Source: Octopus sinensis
Lineage: Eukaryota
DNA: 64,000 nt
Assembly: GCF_006345805.1 (NCBI RefSeq)
Contig: NC_043024.1
Location: forward strand, 1,488,001 to 1,552,000
Reading direction: 5' to 3'
The notes beneath the pieces are model-generated. The model was not told the origin of the DNA. It did no database searches and worked only from the letters and a program-made list of their open reading frames with translations. Position numbers and translations under genes: made by a program. Of this stretch, positions 53,572 to 64,000 are shown in pieces. Positions within the stretch are counted from its first letter, which is position 1; each line of letters begins with the position of its first letter.

Positions 53572-54479
53572 TTAAGCTGGTTGTGTGTGTAGTCATCCAG
53601 GTAATACAGGAGGGTGTTATACTCAATAAAATTATCAAGTGCTACACTGGCAAAGGAGATGCCTTGGAAAGAAGCAACCAGAGAGGGTATCAAATTGATT
53701 GACAAAGTTAGGAAAGTAACAAAAAGTGTCCTAATTACAATTGATTAGGAAGAGAATTAGCGTGGGTGAGATGCAGTTCGAATTTGCTGCAGGTCTTTCA
53801 AAGTGCAGAGTGAGTGATTGGTTATTCTGTTGCCATCAGTAAGTACCTCAGCAACGTAGAGGGGATGAATGTGGAACATGTATACAAATTGATGTATATT
53901 CACACTATGCATACACCCACACCCACACACAAGTTTGTGTATGTATATAATGAGCTTCCGGTACATTCTGTTTACCATGTAGCAATGGTCTGAACAGGTC
54001 TAGGAGACCATGTGGTTACAAAGTAAACATCCTTACACACTCATATACACACACGTATATACACACTGGCATTCTGATGGTAAAAATGACAAGAGTTCCA
54101 GCTGATCTGATCAATGGGACACCCTACTCATGAAATTAGTGTGCAAATAGCTGAGTATTCCATAGACACACATGCCTTTAACGTAGTCCTCAGGGTGATT
54201 CAGTGCAACACAGAAAGGTGTCAAGGCACGCCCCCATTGAATTACTGGTACAGCTCATTTTTGTCAGCTGAGTTGAATGGAACAACGTGAAATATAGAAT
54301 CTTGCTCAAGGAAGTTCGCTTTGCAACCATGTGGTTTGGCCTTTGCTCCCCCCCCCCATGCAAGGAAGCTGCCTGCTAGTTTCTTCTATTATGGGTGTAT
54401 GTTGGCCACAAGTAAAATTTGGTATATGGAAACTGTGTGTGTGCATGTATATATATATATATATATATTTTTTTCTTTT

Positions 54480-54940
54480 AAGTATATAATTATAAAAATG
54501 CAATTAAGGGTGCTGGAATCCTAGTACATATACGCTAGAAATAGATGTCAAATACCTACAATCCACTCTAAATTTGTTCTCAATTTATAAACCAAGAATC
54601 AATGTGAGGTAACGAGCAAGATTTACAAAATTTTGGTGTTTGCTCTGTGGGTCACTGTGCAAGCATTTTTGCCCACCAATGGAGTGGCACACGCTGCTTC
54701 TTCTTCAGCTGCACTTCCTATCGTTAACTGAACGCTGCCCTCAACTTGGACGAGACTACCCCTCAAACTTAAGCATATCACTAAGCAGAGGAAATTTTGT
54801 AAAACTTCTTGCTCATTACCTCACATTCGACCTTGGGTTATAAATAGAGAACTAATTTAGAATGGTTTGTAGGTATTTGACATCTACTTCTAGGGTATGG
54901 GTGCTGGAATGCCAGTGCCCTTAATTAGAATTATATACTT
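54480..54940. mobile_element. Foldback/MITE-like element with ~150-bp imperfect inverted repeats
   Basis: 54480-54633 is the reverse complement of 54792-54940, at roughly 80% identity by eye. Confidence 0.7.
54738..54794 (+). pseudogene. Decayed fragment of the 28S rRNA gene 5' end
   Basis: ACCCCTCAAACTTAAGCATATCACTAAGCAGAGGAAA compared with the conserved LSU motif ACCCGCTGAAYTTAAGCATATCAMTAAGCGGAGGAAA. The ITS4 primer site matches 18/20. Confidence 0.7.
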
Positions 54941-56185
54941 AAAAATTAATTTTACCGTTATGGTTGTTTTTTTTTTATTTATACGCTAACGACTGATATA
55001 ATCATTTTAATAATTATATCCTCAATTTATAAATAATATTTTGCGAGTGGAATGAGTTCTTCATCACCAGCCAGTGATTAACACACACTGAAGACTGGTA
55101 ACCATTCAGAAACCTGGGTCTGTGTGTATCAATGTAAGGCCAGAGATGGGAACAAAGACCGCCCTCACAAATACTAATCGGACATGGGCTGTGTGTCGTT
55201 AGCCAGTTGGAGGAGATATCTTCCTGGGGCTAAAAACAACAGGATCACCACATTTAGTTGGCAAATATATTTTACGATATATAAATGAGAAGGTAGATGC
55301 AAAAAGTGGATCTCATGATTTCTCTTTTATCAGCATCCTAACTTGTAAATTGAATAGAGCCTGTGCTCAGAGCCCACAGATTGCTTGGAGACAGAAGGCG
55401 CGTTATAGAAACCTGCAAGAAACTACCAGTAGCTCGTATCTTGATACTGTGTACATTAAATGGTACCTCTAACTGGATGGAATACTTTCTTTTGTTGATC
55501 TTACCTTAACGGAACAGTGAACGTGTGTGCATGTTGCACGTGCACACACACATCTGTGAATACCCTTTGTGATGCGGGTACAGTCTTTGTGAACTAGACA
55601 TCATTGTTCATGCAAATGCTTTTTGTTTGCAGTCCTTTGTGAAAGCATGCTTCCTGGGGCGTGTGTTGTTCAATAGACTGGGTGTTTTATTATTATTATT
55701 ATTGAAGTAGGTGAAGATAAGAGACATGAGGGACATGTTTTTATGTATTTGTATGAATATATCTTTTATATATATATACACACACACACACACATGTGTA
55801 TGTGTGTGTATGTATGTATATCCAGTTATAAAAAAAATGTTATTTGTCTTCATAAGGATACAAAAGACAATTACAGCAAGCCGCATAATGAATATACATA
55901 CGTTAATTAAATGATATAAATAATTTGAAAATATCTTTTCAAAGTGGCAAAAAAAAAATAAAAAGCTATTTTTTGCATGGTTTGTGGTTTTACTGCTTCT
56001 CCTGGATTTATTTGCTACAAGAGTAGCAAAATGAGAAAATAAGAAAAGGTGTGCAATGATAGGTTTTGAGAGAATTTCGTCAAGTTGAGCAACCACAAGG
56101 AGCTTTCTCTTTCAGCTTGTGTAAACAATGTTTAATAATTGTGCTATCTATAGTACTGTAAAGAATAAAAAACAATACTCTAAAC

Positions 56186-56451
56186 CAGGGGCTCTCAACC
56201 GGTTTTTATCTATGGATCCCTTTGATTACCATTTTATTTTGGTGGACCCCGATAGCCATTCAGTGTTTAAAAACTAGTTTTTCCAAAATTCTTGTTTAGC
56301 TTTTTGCACATTAACTTTTGCAGGTTGAACTATGTTAAATGTTAGAGAAAGAAACCTTGGTGTTTCTCGCAATACAAACATCTAAAGTAAGATTTTGTCA
56401 GGGATTCCCAGTTTACTATTTTATTGTGTGGACCCCGGTTGAGAACCACTG
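56186..56451. mobile_element. hAT (Charlie-like) MITE
   Basis: TIRs CAGGGGCTCTCAACC / GGTTGAGAACCACTG, with an 8-bp TSD ctctaaac/ctctaagc. Confidence 0.85.
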
Positions 56452-56496
56452 CTCTAAGCTTTGCATTACATGTCTCTTAACCACTATGCCATATGC

Positions 56497-56760
56497 CCAC
56501 ATAGTGGTTAAGAGTGTGGGCTACTAACCCCAAGATTCTGAGTTCAGTTCCAAACAGTGACTTGAATAATAATAATAATAATAACATCGAAAAATACCTT
56601 AGGAACGAGAACCCAGATTCGAAATTTCCCCAAGACACCTGATGAAGGCTGGAGGGTATATCAGCGGAAATGTTGTGTTAACAACAAACAAGATGAGGAC
56701 AAATATCTGTGAAATGTAAACAATGTACATAATTCCTCATCTCTTAATTATGGAACTGTA
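56497..56760 (+). mobile_element. Composite SINE-like element: tRNA-like head + (AAT)n + hammerhead-bearing tail
   Basis: A-box-like AGTGGTTAAG, anticodon-arm-like TGGG-CTACTAA-CCCCA and B-box-like GAGTTCAGTTCC, then (AAT)n, then a hammerhead motif and a tail shared with 8680-8720. Confidence 0.6.
56634..56679 (+). ncRNA. Minimal type I hammerhead ribozyme motif (degenerate copy)
   Basis: GACAC-CTGATGA-A-GGCTG(10 nt)CAGCG-GAAA-TG-TT-GTGTT. Stem I is GACAC/GTGTT. The G10.1-C11.1 pair is broken in this copy. Confidence 0.65.
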
Positions 56761-57071
56761 CTATGTCTTTTACCAATGTTTAATTGTTTTTTGTTGATCT
56801 GGCAGAATCGTTAGCATGTTAAATAAAATACTTGGTGGCATTCTTTCCTGTTCTTTATGTTCTGAGTTCTGACGCCACCAAGGTCGACTTTGTTTTTCAT
56901 TCTTTTGGGATCAGTAAAACAAAAACATGTTGAGTACTGGTGGGGTGGGCAGCGGGTAGTGTAATTCGATTAACCCCTTTCCACTAAATTTGCTGGTCTT
57001 CTACCTAGATTTGAAACCGTTATGGATACTGAACAAATATTTTGATCCTTGCTTGTTTCTCTCTCTCCTAG

Positions 57072-57169
57072 GTTAATGAAGAACAAAACTGGGATGAGCT
57101 GTTTGAAGAGTTCAATATCCCGAAAGGATGTACCAATGGGATTCAGGCAATAAAACAGATTTACATCAG
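57072..57169 (+). CDS. ARID2: ARID2 coding exon 3 (VNEEQNWDELFEEFNIPKGCTNGIQAIKQIYIR)
   Basis: ctctctcctag acceptor and AG|gtaag donor, 98 nt, in frame with exon 2. Matches the ARID2 segment [33 protein letters not shown]. Confidence 0.93.
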
Positions 57170-59439
57170 GTAAGGGCTTCTCTTATTACTGCACCTGGAA
57201 TTTGCAAGAACAACCGCTTTATGAAAACAATTGCAGCGTGGAAGGTGTTTGTAAGCCATTTAAGAAACACACAAAAACCGTTCGATTCACTTCAACATTT
57301 AAGTTTAATTTGTCAAAATATTTTCCTCGCTTTAAGACCGCGACCTCTTCACTGACAAAAATCTGTGCTGCATCTGAGAAAGTAACAGTTAGTTCGTTAT
57401 ATATATGTACGTATGTATGTATTGCAATATGGTTTTGTTTATTTTAGAATGACATAGTAGGGTAGGTGTGAGAGATTGGATCTGGCCACTTTGAACAATT
57501 CACATGTAGAAATGCTAGAGGGCATTTGGCTGCTGTTTCTAGTATGTTTGTCGACCACAAAGAGACTCCCTTGTTACCTCATGATGTGCTTGTTATGTAT
57601 TTGGTTTGATATAAGCAACAATATTCCTCGCATACAGATCTCTGGCCTTGTGCCAATCTGCAAGATCATTATTATGAATGGAACGTTAGTGGTATTTATA
57701 GACGAGTAGTCAAGAGATTACATGAAACACCATTACACAAATAGCTTCCATCCCTGAAGTTTTGGCTAAATAAAATATGTATTAAACAGTCTCACTGGTG
57801 GTTGGGCCAGAATAAGAGTAAAGGGGCAGTGTTGGGGCCTCCTCCCAACTTTATTTTCTCTCCCAAAGCCACCTCTTCCTCTCTCTGATGCACTCCCACT
57901 CAGTTGAACGGGCTTTTCCGTTTACCTTTCTTTACTAAGTTACTTGGTGACCTCATTAGTGCTAATTATCATCATCATCATCATTTAACATCCATTTCCC
58001 ATGCTGGCATGGGTTGGACAGTTTGAGTGGAACTGGTAAGCTGGAGAGCTGCACCAGGTTCCAGTTTGATTTGGGATGGTTTCTATTGCTGGATGCCCTT
58101 CCTGACGCCAACCACTCTGAGAGTGTAAGGGGTACTTTTTTATGTGCTGCCAGCACTGGTACCATTTACAGGACACTGGCAGCTGCCACAACTACATTTA
58201 CATGACTCTAGCAATGGTTACAATTATGATTTCACTTGGCTTGACAAGTCTAGCACAGCATATCGCCAAAGGTCTCGGTCACTTGTCATCGCCCATGTGA
58301 ATACACAGCACTCACCCCCTTTCTCTCTCACTCTTCGCCTTAGCCTCTTTTTCTCTTGCTCTTCACCTTTCCCTTCAACTAATCATGTGAAAGCATTACA
58401 GACAGGATAAGTAACGGAAGAACAAGCAGAATTATCATTAGATAATTTTACCATATCAAGCTCATGCCAGGATCATTTTGATGGCAGGTTTTAATTTAGA
58501 TCACTTTAAAACAGGGTATATATATGTCGTTGAACGAAGGGCCGCTTCAGGTGAGTTGGGATGTAAAAGGATAAGTATTCAGTTTTAGAGAATTGCTCCT
58601 AATGTTATGGTTGTTCAAAAAAGCTAGGTTGAAATTATAATCCTGCCTTCCAGTTGGTTTTGGCTGGCATCTTCTCCTCTCATTTCTGTGACTATGAAAA
58701 TGCTTTGTTATGATTTGGATGTAGGTGTGGCTGTGTGGTTAAGAAGCTTGTTTCAGAACTATGTGGTCTTGGGTTCAGTCCACTGTATGGCACATTGAGC
58801 AAGGCTCTTCTACTATAGCCCCAGGCCAACCAAAGACTTGTGAGTGGGCTGGTAGAGGGAAACTAAAAGAAGTGTGTGTGGATCTTTGTCTTGACATCAC
58901 ACAATGGCTGTAAATGATACAAGTGATATTGTTCTTCTCCAGTCTTTCTGAAAAAACGTGTCTGTTCATGGGGCGGAATATTACGTTACTTGCAAACAGG
59001 TGAAGGTTGGCAACATGAAGGGCATGTGGCCATAAAAACTGTGCCTTAACAAATTCCGTCTGACCCATGCAAGCATGGAAAAGTGGACATTCAAACGATG
59101 CTGATGATGTTATCTTTTTAGTTGTGGACCCAGCATCAGAAAGGGCAGCTCAAATTTCGTTTTGACTGTTGATACAATCCAGTGTGTATATAATTCATTG
59201 GGTATTGATTTCAACGCTGTTGCTCTGTCATCTTAAAATAACCTGTTTTTGGAAACAGTAACAAATGTCTTACATAAGTAAACCATCAAAACAAGTTGTC
59301 TGCTTTGCTATAAAGGTTTGCTTGTTATGATTACTGATGACCTTGAAACAGTTACAGAACTTGGCTCATCTTATGCTGGAACCATAACGAACTGAATAGT
59401 CTACTAAATACTAGAAAGTCTTTCCAGTTCAGTCTGCAT

Positions 59440-60215
59440 GTTGGTGGAATATCAGTGGAACAAGTGAAGAAGTTTAAGTATCTTGGGGCCATTTTCATGA
59501 ATGGTGAGAAGCAGGAGGCTAGAATTGGATGCTAAACACAATTCTCCTGCCTGCACTGAATGGGTTCACTGCTGAATGTTGCAAGGCAGGGATCAGAATT
59601 GGTGTTGCGAAGACTGAGACATTGATCTGCTTAAGAAAGTCTTTCCAGGGCACTTTGCAGCTTAGTGGAACATCTTTGAGACGATTGGGGAAGTTTAAGC
59701 ATCTCAGAAGAATATACATTAGAGATGAGAAGCAGGAGGCTGGAATTGTAGATTCTGGCACCCAGTGATGTGCCAGCTTGAGCATTTGATTCTCAGAAGA
59801 GGAGAGATTGGTGAAGAAGAAGCCAAACTTGTTTTCTTCAAATTGGTTTGTGTACCTCTCCTCACCTTTGGTCCTGAATGTTGGGTAATGAGCGAAAGAG
59901 TACAATTTTGAATACAAATGGCCAAAATAGGGTTCCTCTGAAGGATCTCTGGGGTAATGTTACTTGACAGGGTGCAAAGCTCAGAAATCAGGGAGTCTCT
60001 CCAGGTCGAGCCACTAGGACTCCATATCAAGCGGTCACAGTTCTGGTATAACAGAAAAGTGATTAGAATGTTACAGGAAAGAATTGCAAGACAGATTCTT
60101 CAAGCTAAGTCAACCATCAGGAGTCCTAGCATTAGACCAAGAATGATATTGTTGGGTAACATCCATTGCCTGTCCTGCTTGGGAATCCAGCTGGAAAACT
60201 GTAATGATGGTTGCT
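59440..60215 (+). mobile_element. RTE-clade LINE ORF2 3' fragment
   Basis: Peptides EQVKKFKYLGAIF, LTFGPECWVMS and GFL.RISG..LLDRV.S.EIRESLQVEPL. Confidence 0.8.
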
Positions 60216-61865
60216 TCTAAAAAGACCCTATGGAGGAGGAGGAGGGGGTACTTGAGGGCCCTATCCCCATAACCCCTCCCTCCAGGAATAGTGAATGAAG
60301 GTGGATGGATGGATGGACTAAATACTAGTATGGGGACAGTATGAGAGTTTTTAAATTTTTTTTTTCTTAATACCCTCTGACCCCATCTCGTTATGTATTT
60401 ATAAGACAGGAGCTGAAACATTCTAATCCAAATACAAAAAGGTTGATTATCTGCCCTAATATGTTACTGGTATTTATTTTATCCCTTTCTGTAGCATTGA
60501 AGGTTGTGTTTATTTATTATTACTGAATTAGAAATTAAAGGCAGCAAGCTGGTAGAATTGTTAGTGTGCTGGGAAAATGCTTAGTGGCATTTGGTCCATC
60601 TTTATGTTCTGGGTTCAAATTCCATCAAGGTCAACTTTGTCCTTTCATCCTTTCGGGGTTGATAAATTAAGTACCAGCGAAACTCTGCTAAAGGTATCTA
60701 AGGACCAGGATGTGCTATTAAATAGGGTGAGAGTTTACCACCCAAGAATAGGAATGTGTCTCTCCCAATTACATGGTTCTGGGTTCAGTCCCACTGTGTG
60801 GCACCTTGGGCAGGTGTTGTCTACTTTAACTTCTGGCCAATCAAAACCTTGTGAGTGGATTTAATAGACTGAAACTGAAAGAAGCCTGTTGTATATATGT
60901 GTGTGTTTGTGTCTGTCTTTGTCCCCCACTAATGCTTAATGACTGGTGTTGGTATGTTTACATCACTGCAACTTAGCAGTTCAGTGAAAGAGAATGATAG
61001 AATAAATACCAGACTTGAAAAAAAAAAAATCAAGTACTAGGATCAATCCATTTGACTATAGATGCTTGAAGGCAGTGCTCCAGCATGGCTGCTGTCTAAG
61101 GACTGAGAGAAGTAAAACATAAAAGAATGATTGGTATAACGAGATACTGATTAAGACTTGCTTTTAATTTCTCAAATGTGTTGGTATTAAAATGGGTAAC
61201 AAAGCACAATGTGAAGGTGTTTGGGTAGAGTTTAGTGAAGAACTGAGGTGAAGCTGAGTCTGCAACCTGCTTCCAAATTGTTTGGTTCATCTGAAGAATG
61301 AGAAATATAAATACAAGCTCGGTTTTACCAGTTTTTGAACAAAAATAATTATATAACAGGCAACCAGTTCTAAAGCTGACAAAAAGCAGTAAAGTCTGGA
61401 AAATAGATATTCTTTTAAGTGAGAAATGAAACAAAAAGGAAAATGAAAAAAAAGATTAGTGAGAAAAGTTGAATGAAGATTTAGGATTAAGATTATTGTT
61501 TATTGTTGAAGAAGAAGAATTGTTGCAGTTTTTCTTAGAATGGATTTCTCATTTCCTTTGGAAGGAAATTGGCAAAGGAATGTGAATGAGTTTTGAATGT
61601 TCTAAATACAATAATTCATATATCTGTAATAAAATCATTATGAGGAGCAGAAGATACATATTACGGTTGAGATCTCCCAGCATACAGAGGAGGAGGAGGT
61701 AGATTGCCTTCTTGTCTGTTAGACTCTCTCTTTCTCTCTTCTAGAGGAGAAGTGGGAGTGGTTCTTTGACAGTTTTGTAAGATTTCTGCAAAGTTTTAAA
61801 TATTCCAGAATGTCTCTACAGACAGAGATTGTAGAGGAATGTTTCTTCTCCTGAGGAACAATACC

Positions 61866-62012
61866 TATTTCTTTATTACCCACAAGGGGCTAAACATAGA
61901 GGGGACAAACAAGGACAGACATAGGTATTAAGTCGATTACATCGACCCCAGTACGTAACTGGTACTTAATTTATCGACCCCGAAAGGATGAAAGGCAAAG
62001 TCGACCTCGGCC
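61866..62012 (-). mobile_element. 5'-truncated SINE family B insertion with a 13-bp TSD
   Basis: gaggaacaatacc at both 61853-61865 and 62013-62025. Confidence 0.9.
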
Positions 62013-64000
62013 GAGGAACAATACCATGACTTTGTACTCTGGTGGGGAACTCCTTAACTTCACTGTGTCATTACTGAAATTTTCTGGGCACAAGGTCTGA
62101 AATTTTGGGGCAGAGGACTGGTTCATTACACTCGACTCCATTGCTCAACTGGTCCTTATTTTAATCGACCTTGAAAGAATGAAAGACAAAGTCAACTCCA
62201 GCAGAATTTGAACTCTGAACATAAAGATCTACAACTACTAAGCATTTTCTCCAATGTGCTAACGATTCTGCCAGCTCACCATCTTAGAATATCTGAGTGA
62301 ATAATATTACACCTGGGCCCAAGGTGGCAAGTTGGTAGAACCGTTAGCAGACCAGGTGAAAGGCTTGGAGGCATTTCATCTGTCTTTACATTTTGAGTTC
62401 AAATTGCGCTGAGGTTGACTTTGCCTTTCATCTTTTCAGGGTTGATAAAATGAGTACCAGATGAGCTCTGGGGTCGATATAATCGATTTACCCTCCTCCC
62501 TGAAATTGCTGGCCTTGTGTCAAAATTTGAAACCAATATTACATCAATCCCCAATACTTATTCTTCAGTCTGGTACTTTATTGTTCTCTTTTGCTGAACC
62601 GTTAAGGTACAGGGACGTAAACTAACCAACACCAGTTAAGGGGTGGTGGTGGTGGGGACTAACACAGAGACACTGTGTGTGTAATATACAATAGGCTTCC
62701 ACACAGTTTCCATCTCACAAATTCACTCACAAAGTATTTGTCAGCCCAGGGCTATAGAATAAAAAAAAAACGCACCTAAATTGCTGTGCAGTGGGTTTGA
62801 ACCAAAAACCATGTGGTTGCAAAGTGAGCTTCCTTAAACACACAGTCATGCCTGCACCCTATATCTTATTTCCTTTTTCCTTTATTAAAGATGGGAGAGT
62901 GTTATTTGGTGTGTGTGTGTGATTTAGCTGCTATTTCTAGCAATTCAATTGACCACATGGACATTGCCATAGGTTGTCAGTTTATATGATTTACTATTAT
63001 GTATGCTTATATGAGTTTGTATGGTTATATGATATAGTGAAACGGTGACATCTAAACCACTTTGAACAAAGTTAGACTCATTGAAATAATCACTTATAGT
63101 CATTAAAAATTGATTTATTTCTTTTTCTTTCTTTTCCTCTTCTTCTTCTTATTCAATAACTTGTCATGACTCAAGTTATTGATTTGTATCAATAGTCACC
63201 AAGGTGGCACCCGACAGTCTCTCGATTTTATTTTATAGGAGATCAATGATAGGAAATAGGAATTTCAGTCAAGTGTAGGTAATTTGCTGTGTTGTGAATA
63301 CAATTAGATAGGGAAAGCCATTTGTTACAGCTGTGTTTGTAACTGTGTACTTCTTTTGATAATGGTCCCCTTTTTTTTTTCCTGCTCTCCTGCTTTACAC
63401 AGTCACTTATGTAACTCCTCAATAGTAAGAAACCTGTTTTACCCAAGCCCCTCGTCTTGTACTTTTCCCTCTCTTTCACCCCTCATCTCCTAGCATAAAA
63501 TTGTCCTCTTGGGGTTCATAGTATTTGCAAAGTGCATGGCAGTGTCACTTGTGCTGGTGGCATTAAAAAGAAAAAAAGGCACCCAGTGCATATGGTTTGA
63601 TTGATTGGCATCAGAGAAGGCATCCAACTATACAAGCCATATCAAAACAGATACTTTGAGCAGAGTGCTGTCCCTGGGCCCATTTGTTCCTCTCACATCA
63701 TCCAACCCATGCCTGCATGGGATACGGACATTAAATGATGATAATATATAAAAAGACTTTATTGTGGCTCTGTGGTAAGAAGGTTGCTTGCCAACTACAC
63801 GATGCCGGGTTCAGTCCCACTGCATAGCACCTTGGGCGAGTGACTTCTGCTATAGCCTTGGGCTGACCAAAGCCTTGTGAGTGGATTTGGTTGATGGAAA
63901 CTGAAAGAAGCCCCTGTGTTTGTCCCCCCTCCACCATTGCTTGACAACTGGTGTTAGTGTGTTTACATCCCTGTTGCTTGATGGTCTGGCAAAAGAGTAA

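Noticed and set aside
55608-56096. 162-aa minus-strand ORF
   Set aside because: AT-rich low-complexity sequence that includes a microsatellite, with no recognisable motif.
59334-59356. CTGATGA-CCTT-GAAAC
   Set aside because: No stem II and no convincing stem I; a chance match.

Overview
AT-rich animal genomic DNA, saturated with microsatellites and repeats. The repeat families look like those of octopus (Octopodidae); this is my recognition, not a database result. The only protein-coding gene I can support is the 5' part of ARID2/BAF200 on the + strand. It has three coding exons (15671-15762, 34271-34364, 57072-57169) that splice in frame into an N-terminal ARID domain across introns of about 18.5 and 22.7 kb, and the gene continues past the window end. 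Nearly all ORFs in the supplied track are microsatellite or repeat artefacts. The rest of the window is tRNA-derived SINEs, RTE and CR1 LINE fragments, four decayed Tc1/mariner elements, hAT and piggyBac-type MITEs, a Helitron-like element, foldback hairpins and a ~910-bp tandem duplication. The most interesting signal is a set of minimal type I hammerhead-ribozyme motifs in several repeat families, with covarying stems. One of them sits in a composite element with a tRNA-Ser-like Pol III head, an architecture like a SINE-retrozyme. A decayed 28S rDNA 5'-end fragment is also enclosed between ~150-bp inverted repeats. None of the ribozyme motifs has been tested, and every copy departs from the consensus at one or more positions.
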